Assembly: GCA_963842525.1 (NCBI GenBank)
Contig: CAWJGT010000030.1
Location: 32,001-96,000, forward strand
Source: an uncultured Holophagales bacterium
GTDB lineage: Bacteria > Acidobacteriota > Thermoanaerobaculia > Multivoradales > UBA5704
Direction of reading: 5' to 3'
DNA length: 64,000 nt
How positions within the stretch are numbered: the stretch's first letter is position 1; every line of letters starts with the position of its first letter. The notes beneath the pieces were generated by a model. The model made no database searches, was not told the DNA's origin, and saw nothing but the letters and a program-made list of their open reading frames with translations. Positions 17,224 to 28,047 of this stretch are shown in pieces. The position numbers and the translations under genes were made by a program.

Positions 17224-19893
17224 GTGACAAAGCGCCTTTCCTGTTTCATCCTGGCTGCTGTTTTTGTCCTGCCCCTGGTGACTGCCTTTTCGGCAGACGC
17301 CCAGGCGCCGGCGGTAAATGTTCGCATCGATGCTGCGAAAGGAGTCGACAGAAGGGTCGATTACGCCGCCCTGACCCAGATCGGTCCGTGGGATGATCGC
17401 AACTATTCGTTGACTTTGAAGGATCTGGCTCTCCTCCCGCCGAATGAGCACGAGCAGCTCAATCCGATCCCCGCCTTTTTCCGTGTCGAGATGCGGCGCA
17501 AGAACCCCAGCATCCCGCGCACGGGCGAGGGCCAGTATCCGCGCAGCGCGCTCCAGATCTTCTTCCTGCGTCACGGCGGCTTCCTGGTCGACGGCCTCCT
17601 CTACCAGCGCGCGGTCCGCCGCAACGGCTCCTACGTCGTGCTCAAGGACCGGCCGCGGACGATCGCGGAGTGGGAGGAGTCCAAGGCTCTCGGGGGCGAC
17701 GTCCGCGTCACTTCGCCGACCGGCGGCGCCGAGTCCGCGGTCAAGATCAATCCGCTCGACGCCAACAAGGTGATCGGCGGCGCGAACGGTCCCGGCTCGG
17801 GCCAGAAGATGTTCTATTCGACCAACGGCGGCTCCACCTGGACCGCGTCCGCCGCGCTGCCGCTCGGGAGCACCTGCTGCGACCCCACGGTGGACTGGTC
17901 GTCCGACGGCACCAAGGCCTATGCCGCGACCCTCGGCGGCTGCGGCAGCGTCTGCAACGTCTGGGTCTACCGATCGAGCGACGGCGGCGCGACCTGGAAC
18001 GATTTCGAGTCGTTGACCCCCGGCGACCCGCGCCGTGAGGTGACCAGCGCGAGCACCTCCGACAAGGAGTTCATCCACGTCGACAAGTTCGGGACCTCGC
18101 CGCGGAAGGACAACGTCTATCTCACCTGGCACGACAACAACGTGCTCAAGTTCTCGCGCTCGACCGACTTCGGCCACACCTGGAGCGCGGCGCTCACCAT
18201 GTCGTCGGGCACGACCCAGTCGGGTATCGGCAGCGACATCACGACCGACAAGAACGGCAACGTCTACTACGTCTGGCCGGCCACCAACGGCAAGACGATC
18301 CTGTCGCGCAGGTCGACGGACGGCGGCGCCACCTTCGCCGCGGCCGTCACCGTCGCCAATACGCAGGACGGCTACGACTTTGCCATCCCGGCCATGGAGA
18401 CGCGGCGCGCCTTCATGTACGCCGCGGCCGACGCCGACCTGTCGAGCGGCGCGTTTGCCAACCGCGTCTACGTCGCCTGGACGGATACCACGGCTCCCGA
18501 GTCCGGCACCGCCGCGAACAACCATGCCCGCATCCAGGTCGCCTATTCGGACAACGGCACCACCTGGACCGTGCGCACGCCTCACGAGACCGCCGACGCC
18601 AATACCGTCGACCGCTTCCATCCGTGGATCGGCGTCGGCTCGGACGGCGTCGTCCACGTGATGTTCTATGACACGCGCCAGAACGCGGCGCGCACCAGCG
18701 TCGACCTCTACTACAGCAAGTCGACCGACGGCGGCAACACCTGGTCGACGCCGGTCCGCGCCACCAGCGTCACGTCGCCGCACATCGAGGACACGTTCCA
18801 GTGGGGCGACTACAACGGCCTCGACGTCCTCGGCTCGCAGGTGATCGGCGTCTTCACCGACAACCGGAACGAGAGCGGCGGCGCGCCCGACTCGGTGGAC
18901 GTCTATGCCGCCTCGGCGCCTGCCGGCGGCTGCACGCCGCCGCCGGTACCGACCGGCGTCATTGCCACGGCCGCGAGCCAGACGCAGATCAATGTGTCGT
19001 GGAGCGCTTCTGCCGGAGCCTCCTCGTACAACATCCTGAGGTCGACCACGAGCGGCGGCCCCTACAGCCTGGCCGGCACCTCGGCCACCACGTCGTTCCC
19101 CAACACCGGCCTGACCTGCAATACGACCTACTACTACGTGGTCCAGGCGGTGGGGGCCTGCACCTCGGCCAATTCGGCACAGGCGTCGGCGACGACGTCG
19201 GCCTGCACGGGCAGCGTGCTGACCAACGGCGTTCCGGTGACCGGGATCTCGGGGGCCTCCGGCAGCCAGCAGTTCTGGACGATGAGCGTGCCGTCGGGCG
19301 CGTCCAACCTGCAGTTCCAGATCTCGGGCGGCACCGGCGACGCCGACATGTATGTGCGGTTCGGCTCGGCGCCGACCACCTCCACATATGATTGCCGGCC
19401 GTACCTGGGCGGCAACAACGAGACCTGCACCTTCCCCACGCCGTCGGTGGGCACCTGGCACGTGATGCTGCATGGCTTCTCGGCCTACTCGGGCGTGTCG
19501 CTCGTGGGGAGCTACTCGACGGGCCCGACCTGCACCGCCACCACGGAGGTAGAGCCGAACAACAGCACCGGCGCGCCGCAGGTGATCTCCGGGACCTGCA
19601 ACCAGATCTCGGGGACGTTCCTCAACGACTCCTCGACGCAGCAGAACGACTACTTCCGCCTCAGCCTGCCGGCGGGCGCCACGGTGACGGGGCTGCTCAA
19701 CGGCCTGTCGGTGGACTACGACCTCTACATCTACAACTCCGTGGGAACCCAGGTGGCGAGCTCGACGAACGGAGGCACCACCGCGGACCAGGCGTCCTGG
19801 ACCAACACGGGCGGCTCGGCGACCAACGTCTTCGTCCGGGTCTACCGCTTTTCGTCCACCCGGACGACCTACCAACTGAGAGTCAGCTACTGA
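17224..19893 (+). CDS. Secreted BNR/Asp-box (sialidase-like) propeller protein with FN3 and PPC-type C-terminal domains
   Basis: RBS AAGGAGG + GTG, signal peptide. Asp-boxes STNGGSTW, SSDGGATW, STDFGHTW, STDGGATF, STDGGNTW, then GDYNGL. FN3 (INVSW...YNILRSTTSGGPY), PPC (GGTGDADMYVRFG...YDCRPY), then EVEPNN...DYDLYIY. Confidence 0.85.
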   Translation: MTKRLSCFILAAVFVLPLVTAFSADAQAPAVNVRIDAAKGVDRRVDYAALTQIGPWDDRNYSLTLKDLALLPPNEHEQLNPIPAFFRVEMRRKNPSIPRTGEGQYPRSALQIFFLRHGGFLVDGLLYQRAVRRNGSYVVLKDRPRTIAEWEESKALGGDVRVTSPTGGAESAVKINPLDANKVIGGANGPGSGQKMFYSTNGGSTWTASAALPLGSTCCDPTVDWSSDGTKAYAATLGGCGSVCNVWVYRSSDGGATWNDFESLTPGDPRREVTSASTSDKEFIHVDKFGTSPRKDNVYLTWHDNNVLKFSRSTDFGHTWSAALTMSSGTTQSGIGSDITTDKNGNVYYVWPATNGKTILSRRSTDGGATFAAAVTVANTQDGYDFAIPAMETRRAFMYAAADADLSSGAFANRVYVAWTDTTAPESGTAANNHARIQVAYSDNGTTWTVRTPHETADANTVDRFHPWIGVGSDGVVHVMFYDTRQNAARTSVDLYYSKSTDGGNTWSTPVRATSVTSPHIEDTFQWGDYNGLDVLGSQVIGVFTDNRNESGGAPDSVDVYAASAPAGGCTPPPVPTGVIATAASQTQINVSWSASAGASSYNILRSTTSGGPYSLAGTSATTSFPNTGLTCNTTYYYVVQAVGACTSANSAQASATTSACTGSVLTNGVPVTGISGASGSQQFWTMSVPSGASNLQFQISGGTGDADMYVRFGSAPTTSTYDCRPYLGGNNETCTFPTPSVGTWHVMLHGFSAYSGVSLVGSYSTGPTCTATTEVEPNNSTGAPQVISGTCNQISGTFLNDSSTQQNDYFRLSLPAGATVTGLLNGLSVDYDLYIYNSVGTQVASSTNGGTTADQASWTNTGGSATNVFVRVYRFSSTRTTYQLRVSY

Positions 19894-19904
19894 CCTGACC
19901 GCTC

Positions 19905-19936
19905 TCGCGCCCGCCTCTCGACGGAGGCGGGCGCGA
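19905..19936. terminator. Perfect 13-bp GC-rich hairpin after the BNR gene
   Basis: TCGCGCCCGCCTC-TCGACG-GAGGCGGGCGCGA. There is no U-tract, so terminator function is uncertain. Confidence 0.45.
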
Positions 19937-19989
19937 TCGGGTCCTTGCAGATCCTGCCGTAGAATGGTCCTGTCACAGGACCGAAATGA

Positions 19990-22638
19990 ATGCCAGATCC
20001 AGAGCCCTCGCCTTCTGAAGGGCCGGCCTCTTTCGTGGAGGAGCGGATCGGTGCGTACCGGCTGGAGCGGCCTCTCGGCCGGGGCGGCATGGGTGAGGTG
20101 TTCCTGGCGCGCGACGAGCGCCTGGGCCGTTGGGTGGCGATCAAGCGGGTCCGCCACGGGACTTCTCCGGCACTGCGGGAGAGGTTCCGCCGCGAGGCGC
20201 GGGCGGCGGCGCGCCTGAACCATCCTGCCGTCGTGCAGATCTACGACATCCTGGAGGACGGCGCGGGAGACGCCATCGTCCTGGAGTATGCCGAAGGGCG
20301 CACGCTCCGCGCGGTGCTGGCGGACGGTCTGCCACCTCCGGCCCTGGCCGTGCGCCTGGCGCGTGAGATCGCCGAGGGGCTCGCGGCGGCCCATGGCGCG
20401 GGTCTCGTCCATCGCGACCTCAAGGCCGAGAACGTGGTGGTCAGTCCGGACGGACACGCCAAGATCCTGGATTTCGGGTTGGTCAAGGCTCTGGAGCGGG
20501 AGGCCGCCGAGGACAGGCTGACCGACCACGGCACGGTCCTGGGGACGTATCACGCCATGTCTCCCGAGCAGGCGAGCGGCGGCGAGGTCGACGCTCGTTC
20601 GGATCTCTTTTCTCTCGGGGTCCTCCTCTACGAGATGCTGGCCGGTCGCTCGCCCTTCCTCGGCCGGAATCCTCGGGAGACCTTGAAACGGGTGCTCGTG
20701 GACCAGCCGCCGCCGATCGGCGCGTTGCGGCCCGACCTCCCTGCCGGGCTCGGCGCCCTGGTCGGCCGTCTGCTGGAGAAGGACCCGGACGCCCGTCCCC
20801 GGTCGGCCAGCGAGGTGGCGAGGGCTCTGGAGGAGACCGCCTCGTCCGTCTCTCTCGTGGATCTCCCTGCGCTGGATGCGGATGGGATGGGGGAGCTCGC
20901 GACTGCCTGGACGACCCCGGCAGGCTCCGGCTCAGCGTCCGGACGGCCGAGCGCGCTCCAGCCTTTGCAGGGATGGTCCCGGCCGCTGTCTGCCCTGGGT
21001 GCCTTGGTGGTCCTTGCGCTGACGGCATTCCTGCTGCTGGGACGAGCCACGACGGAGCCGCTCCGCGGCCCCCTGCGCGTCGCGGTCCTCCGGCCCGAAG
21101 TGGTTCCGGCCGGAGGCGAAAAGCTCGATCTCGCGGCCTCGGGGGTCTTCACGTCGGCCCTCTCCGCACTGACCGGGCTGGAAGGGCTTGCGCCGCTCGA
21201 TCCCGGCGAGGTGGATGCCGGAGCAGCCACGCCGGTCGCGGCGGCGCGCTCGGCGGCGGCGGACGAGGTGCTCGCGGCGACCCTGGAGGATCAGGGCACG
21301 ATGGGGGCGCGGCTGTCGCTGCGCCGCGTCCTGGGCAGCGACGGCCGGGTGCTCTGGGCGGACAGCTTCGTCGTGCCGACCGATCCAGGCGACCTACGGC
21401 TCCTCGCCGACGCCGTCGCGGTCCACCTGCAGCGGGCCTACCCCGGCCACCTGTTGCGCGAGGGCTTCCCCGCCCTGGACGTCCGCGACGAGGACTACGC
21501 CGCTTTCCTGCGCATCAAGCTCCGGGTGGATCAGGGCAACGTCCCGTCCGAGCCCGAGCTGGCGACTCTCGCAGAGATCCGGCGGAGCTCTCCGAGGTTT
21601 CTGGAGGCGCATCTCCTGGTGGCCAAGACGGCTCAAAATCTTTTCATCTCGACGCGGGAGGCCGCCTGGCTCGAACGCGGCGAGGAGGCGGCGCGCGCCG
21701 CCCTGGCGCTCGCCCCCGGCGATCCCCGCCCCGTTTCCGTCCGGCTGCGGCTCGCCCTCGCCGTCCGGCGTCCGGCGGAGGCACGCGCTCTCCTGACCAG
21801 TCTGGAGAGGCTGCTCACCGGGGATCCGGAGCTGCTGGCCCTGTCCGGACAGGTCGCGGAAAGCGAAGGCGACCTGGACCGGGCGATCTCCGATCTCGCT
21901 GCCGCCGTGGCGCGCGTCCCGTCCTGGATGAATCTCTTCCGGCTGGCCGACCTGGAGGCCAGGCGGGGCCGGACCGGCGAGGCCAGGCGTCACCTGGAGC
22001 AGCTCCTGGAGCGCAACCCGGGTAATGCCTGGGGCCTCGGCCGGCTGGGCGGCCTCGAGCTGCTGGCCGGCGACCCGGCGCGCGCCGAGCGGATCTACCT
22101 CGATCTCCTCCAACGGCAGCCGCAGCGGTCCCACTACACCAACCTGGGGCTCGCCCGGATGCTCCTCGGCCGGCCCGCGGGCGCCGTCGCGGCGTACCGT
22201 AAGGCCCTGGAGCTGGCGCCCGGCCACGTCGCGGTCCTCCTCAACCTGGCCGATGCCGAGCTGGAGCTGGGCCATGAGCCGGCGGCGCGCGCCCTCTACG
22301 AGCAGGCCCTGGCCGGTCTCCAGAAGCGCGGGGCCTCGGCGGCTCTCTCTCCCACCGACAGCCTCGTCAAGGCCCAGTGTCTCGCCCGCCTCGGCCGCGC
22401 CCGCGAGGCCGTTGAGGAGGCGCAGAGGACGCTCCGGACCGCCTCCGAGGACCCCGAGGTCGTCTATCTGGCCGCCGTCGTCTACGCCCTGGTCGGAGAC
22501 CGCAGCTCCGCGCTCGTAAACGCCCAGGCCGCGCTCGACGGCGGAGTCCAGCCGCGCTGGCTCACGATCTCCGCCTTCGACGGCCTGCGGGACGATCCGG
22601 ATTTCCGGGATCTCCTGCGGCGACCGGCCGGCTCCTAG
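19990..22638 (+). CDS. Hanks-type Ser/Thr protein kinase with a TM segment and C-terminal TPR repeats
   Basis: LGRGGMGEV, VAIK, HRDLKAEN, DFG, GTYHAMSPEQ, SDLFSLG; hydrophobic segment ALGALVVLALTAFLLL; helical TPR-like repeats. Confidence 0.95.
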   Translation: MPDPEPSPSEGPASFVEERIGAYRLERPLGRGGMGEVFLARDERLGRWVAIKRVRHGTSPALRERFRREARAAARLNHPAVVQIYDILEDGAGDAIVLEYAEGRTLRAVLADGLPPPALAVRLAREIAEGLAAAHGAGLVHRDLKAENVVVSPDGHAKILDFGLVKALEREAAEDRLTDHGTVLGTYHAMSPEQASGGEVDARSDLFSLGVLLYEMLAGRSPFLGRNPRETLKRVLVDQPPPIGALRPDLPAGLGALVGRLLEKDPDARPRSASEVARALEETASSVSLVDLPALDADGMGELATAWTTPAGSGSASGRPSALQPLQGWSRPLSALGALVVLALTAFLLLGRATTEPLRGPLRVAVLRPEVVPAGGEKLDLAASGVFTSALSALTGLEGLAPLDPGEVDAGAATPVAAARSAAADEVLAATLEDQGTMGARLSLRRVLGSDGRVLWADSFVVPTDPGDLRLLADAVAVHLQRAYPGHLLREGFPALDVRDEDYAAFLRIKLRVDQGNVPSEPELATLAEIRRSSPRFLEAHLLVAKTAQNLFISTREAAWLERGEEAARAALALAPGDPRPVSVRLRLALAVRRPAEARALLTSLERLLTGDPELLALSGQVAESEGDLDRAISDLAAAVARVPSWMNLFRLADLEARRGRTGEARRHLEQLLERNPGNAWGLGRLGGLELLAGDPARAERIYLDLLQRQPQRSHYTNLGLARMLLGRPAGAVAAYRKALELAPGHVAVLLNLADAELELGHEPAARALYEQALAGLQKRGASAALSPTDSLVKAQCLARLGRAREAVEEAQRTLRTASEDPEVVYLAAVVYALVGDRSSALVNAQAALDGGVQPRWLTISAFDGLRDDPDFRDLLRRPAGS

Positions 22639-23384
22639 CCCGGGATCGGCGGCCCCAGGTTGTCGATCACCGGATCGTGCCCCCCGAGGTGCTCGCCTTG
22701 TACGCTCCAGACGTCGATCCAGTAGGTGAAGCGGGCCGGGATCGACTCCGGCGGCGTCGGCGAGCCAGCCCCCGTCATGAATCCCGTCGCATGAGCGCGG
22801 AGCTCTCCGTTGCCGCCTCCAGCCATCCCGATGAAGGCGGCGAAGGGCCCGGTACGGTTCGTCGAGGTCGTGTGGTCGTCGGACTTTTCGAAATGGAAGG
22901 TGATGAACGTGTCGGGCTCGAGGCCGGAGACGGCCCAGATGGCCGTATCCCCGGCATTCAGGCAGAGCGTGTCCGGCGTGACGTCGACCAGGTATTTCGG
23001 GGCACCGGGGCTGAGGTCGGGATTGGGAGTGACAACGACCTGCGCCTCGGGCGACGTATCGGCCTCTTCGACCTGGTTATCGATCTCGCCCACGTAGCCG
23101 GAGGTCATCGTCGTGCCGGTGTCCGGATCGAGGAGGATCGCCCGATAGGTGTACGTGCCTGATTGGCCGGTGTTGCCTTTCCCGATCACGGCATCATTGC
23201 CAAGCGAGCGCACCGAGTGGAACGGGCCGAGCTGGGGGTCCTGGAACTGGATGAACGGGACGTAGCCCGCCGGGACATGCGAGAAGTGCCACCACACCCA
23301 GTCTCCTTGCGCGAGCGTCGTATGGGTTGGAGTGAACGCCAGGCTTTCCCCTACGACACGGACCTCGACTTGATGGACGGACAT
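22635..23384 (-). CDS. Hypothetical protein, two beta-rich (cupredoxin-like) halves ending in DPVIDN
   Basis: Strong RBS AAGGAGGAG, 249 aa. Internal duplication TPTHTTLAQGDWVWW / TPDTLCLNAGDTAIW, both followed by GPF; no signal peptide. Confidence 0.75.
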   Translation of the reverse strand: MSVHQVEVRVVGESLAFTPTHTTLAQGDWVWWHFSHVPAGYVPFIQFQDPQLGPFHSVRSLGNDAVIGKGNTGQSGTYTYRAILLDPDTGTTMTSGYVGEIDNQVEEADTSPEAQVVVTPNPDLSPGAPKYLVDVTPDTLCLNAGDTAIWAVSGLEPDTFITFHFEKSDDHTTSTNRTGPFAAFIGMAGGGNGELRAHATGFMTGAGSPTPPESIPARFTYWIDVWSVQGEHLGGHDPVIDNLGPPIPG

Positions 23385-23424
23385 GTCTCTCCTCCTTCGT
23401 TGGTTTGGCTGCGCAGCCGGTCAG

Positions 23425-23440
23425 AGCACGGCGCGTGCCT
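23425..23440 (-). promoter_or_regulatory. Sigma54 (-24/-12) promoter for the 23384 gene
   Basis: Minus strand reads AGGCACGCGCCGTGCT (GG-N10-GC), 41 nt upstream of the ATG and next to a sigma54 activator gene. Confidence 0.65.
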
Positions 23441-23448
23441 GGCCGAGT

Positions 23449-23651
23449 CCTCACCCCCCTGTCCCCCTCTCCCATCGCCCTCCCACCGACCGGGAGAGGG
23501 GGGACGTCGCTGGAGCTTGGAGGCGAGGTCGATGCTTTCTCAAGACAGGATCTCTGAGAAGAAACTGCCAGCTATCCCCTCGAAGCACCAACCACGTCCC
23601 CCCTCTCCCGGGGGAAGGGAGTGCGATGGGAGAGGGGGACAGGGGGTGAGG
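23449..23651. repeat. REP/MITE-like long inverted repeat (arms about 60 bp)
   Basis: Left arm CCTCACCCCCCTGTCCCCCTCTCCCATCGC...CGGGAGAGGGGGGACGT is mirrored by ACGTCCCCCCTCTCCCG...GCGATGGGAGAGGGGGACAGGGGGTGAGG. A related copy lies at 45553-45707. Confidence 0.85.
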
Positions 23652-23700
23652 TCTCTCGGATTGGTTACACTCTAGCCGAACCGTTAGGATCTCGCGACCC

Positions 23701-25639
<1,939 letters not shown>

Positions 25640-25753
25640 GCCCCGGGTCTCACCTTCTGGTGAGGCCGCTCTCACCGAAGGGTGAGAGAAAAGCGGTTCT
25701 TTTCTCCCGCTCGGGGTGGGGGATGTTTCCCGCAGGGAGTTTCGGGGGGGCCA

Positions 25754-25769
25754 TGGCACCGTTCGTGCT
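25754..25769 (+). promoter_or_regulatory. Sigma54 (-24/-12) promoter for the peptidase-SBP-CxxCH-Cry-like operon
   Basis: TGGCACCGTTCGTGCT: GG at 25755-25756 and GC at 25767-25768 (N10). Confidence 0.7.
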
Positions 25770-25824
25770 CTTTCCGTCCTCCGACAGCACCTGACCGGAG
25801 GAGACCGAGGCACATGAGGAGAAC

Positions 25825-27101
25825 GTGAGCTTTCCACGCTGTCCCCAGGCTCTAGCCGTCGACTCCGTCGTCGAGCTGCCCGGCCTCGGCCCGGTCGCAG
25901 GGACCCAGTTCGCCGGCTACGCGCCGGTCGATGTTGGGAAAATGCGCGGCCCGATGCCGCCGGTATCTTCTACTGGTTCGCCGGGCCCGAGGACTACGAG
26001 CAACGGCCGACGATCCTATGGACCAACGGCGGGCCGGGATCGAGCAGCTTCTGGGGCTTCTTCCTCGGCAACGGTCCCTACGAGATCGACGCCTCCGGGA
26101 ACCTCAACCCACGGCCGATGGCCTGGAGCGATACGGCCGGTTATATGATCTTCGATCAACCGCTGAGCGTGGGGCTCTCCTTCGCCGAGGACGACGCGCA
26201 AGTGCCGAAGAACGTCCAAGAAGGCACGAGCCAGCTCTACCAGGCCCTCGTCCATTTCATGGCGAAACATCCGGAGATCCGCCGGCAGCCGCTCATCCTC
26301 GCCGGCGAATCCTACGGCGGAACCTATGTGCCGCTGCTCGCGAAGGCGATCCTCGATGGCAACGCGAGCAGGCCCGAGAGCGAGCGCATCCAGCTCGGCG
26401 GCGCGATTCTGGTTTCGGCATGGGTCTCGCCGGGCATCCAGCAGGGGATGGACACCACCTACGCGTTCACGCATGGCCTGATCACCGCGGCTGACAAGGA
26501 GGAGCTCGACAAGGTCTGCACCGAATGCCAGATCGCAATTGCCGCCGAAACGCCCTCCTCAAAGCGCGCTTACGATGTCTGCGGCCAGCTCAAGAGCACG
26601 ATCGAAAAGATCAGCGGTCGCTACCTGTATAACCTCGCGCAGACGGGCGACCCCGACACGGGCCCGGTGACGGCCTACCTGTCCCGCGCCGATGTCCGCG
26701 CGGCGATCCATGCGAAGCCTGAGGGCGAGTTCACGTTCTACTCGGAACGCATCGGCACCAACTACGAGATCGGCGGCCAGGACTCCTACGCCTGGACGGT
26801 CGAGGAGATCCTCGCGGCCGGAGTGAAGGTGATGGTGATCTCGGGCCTCAACGACGCCGCCGACGTCAATTTCCTCGGGGCCGGTGCATGGTTGCATGCG
26901 CTGAACGGCGACGCCGCGGCGGCGTTCAAGGCGGCCCCCACCGCGCAGTGGAAGCCCGCGCAGGAGGTCCTTGGCTACATCCAGGACGGCGGGGCGCTGT
27001 CGTGGGTGAAGGTCCTCAATGCCGGACATATCACGGTGATGGATCAACCCCTGCTGATCGATCTGATCCGCGAGAAGCTCATGGCGGATCTGTCTGACTG
27101 A
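25825..27101 (+). CDS. Serine carboxypeptidase (peptidase S10); frameshift near 25937
   Basis: ELPGLG..QFAGY in frame 1, then IFYWF, WTNGGPGSSS, NGPY, DQP, GESYGG (catalytic Ser) and NAGH (His) in the shifted frame. The start may be ATG 25814 if another base is missing. Confidence 0.88.
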
Positions 27102-27113
27102 AGGAGACCGAAC

Positions 27114-27959
27114 ATGAAATCGAAACGTTGGAAGAGCCTGTTCCGCCTCGCCGTGGCGCTTGCCGTCCCGGTCTTATGGAGCGCGTGTGCCACCGAAACA
27201 GGCAGCAGTGCCGGCAAGACTCTCGAGCCCGGCGTCTTGAAAGTGTGCATGTATCCCGGCTTCGCCCCGTTTAACAGCAAGGACGAGCAGGGTCAATGGG
27301 TCGGCTGGGATGTATCGTTCATCGAGGACTTCGCGAAGCGGGAAAAGCTCGCCTTCCAGCCGGTCGAAGTGGCGGACTTCAACGGCATCTGGAACCTGCC
27401 GGGGGAGGGTAAGTGCGACATCGCAGCCTCGGGCATCTCCGACACCGAGGACCGCCGGAAAGAGACCGGCGACGCCGGGACCTGGTCGCAGCGTTACTAC
27501 CGCGTGGTTCGGTCGTTCGCGGTGCGCGCCGCAGACGAGGGCAAGCTGAACAGTATCGAGGACCTGCGGGATAAGACAGTGATCGTGACCGGCGGCTCGA
27601 CCGCCGACTACGACCTGCGCAACCGGTTGAAGCGCGCCGGCATCGAGTCGGTGACCATCGAGACCACGACAGACGAGGCAGCGGCGGCGACAAAGGTGCG
27701 CGACGGCGGAGGCGTGCCATTTGCCTACGGCGGCGGGCTCGGAAGCATCCAGCTCCTGGTCGAGCAACTGGGCGGCCTCGCGGTGGCGTGGCCGCACTGC
27801 AACATGCTGGAGAACGGCACCGAGGTCGACGAGCCCTTCTCATTCGTCGTGCGCGCGAAGAGCTCCGGCCTTGCAGCGGCCCTCGACCAATACATCGCGA
27901 ACCCCGACGCACCCTACGAGGGCGTGCTCCCCGACCTGAAGTGCCCGCCGGCACCCTAG
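27114..27959 (+). CDS. Polar amino-acid-type substrate-binding lipoprotein (SBP family 3), orphan
   Basis: Lipobox LWSA-C, GVLKV..YPGFAPF, GWDV, GKCDIAASGI, SIEDLRDK.V.V..GST; no permease or ATPase next to it. Confidence 0.85.
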   Translation: MKSKRWKSLFRLAVALAVPVLWSACATETGSSAGKTLEPGVLKVCMYPGFAPFNSKDEQGQWVGWDVSFIEDFAKREKLAFQPVEVADFNGIWNLPGEGKCDIAASGISDTEDRRKETGDAGTWSQRYYRVVRSFAVRAADEGKLNSIEDLRDKTVIVTGGSTADYDLRNRLKRAGIESVTIETTTDEAAAATKVRDGGGVPFAYGGGLGSIQLLVEQLGGLAVAWPHCNMLENGTEVDEPFSFVVRAKSSGLAAALDQYIANPDAPYEGVLPDLKCPPAP

Positions 27960-28047
27960 CGAACAATACCTTCCTCCACCTGGCGCATGGCGCAGCGAAC
28001 CCGCAAGGGCCCGCGACAGGGGAGGTTTATCTGCAAGGAGACCGAAC

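Noticed and set aside
17161-20553. 1130-aa minus-strand ORF and similar long antisense or alternate-frame ORFs (e.g. 47347-50121, 38238-40478, 56561-58999)
   Set aside because: Shadow frames of high-GC genes with no recognisable motifs.
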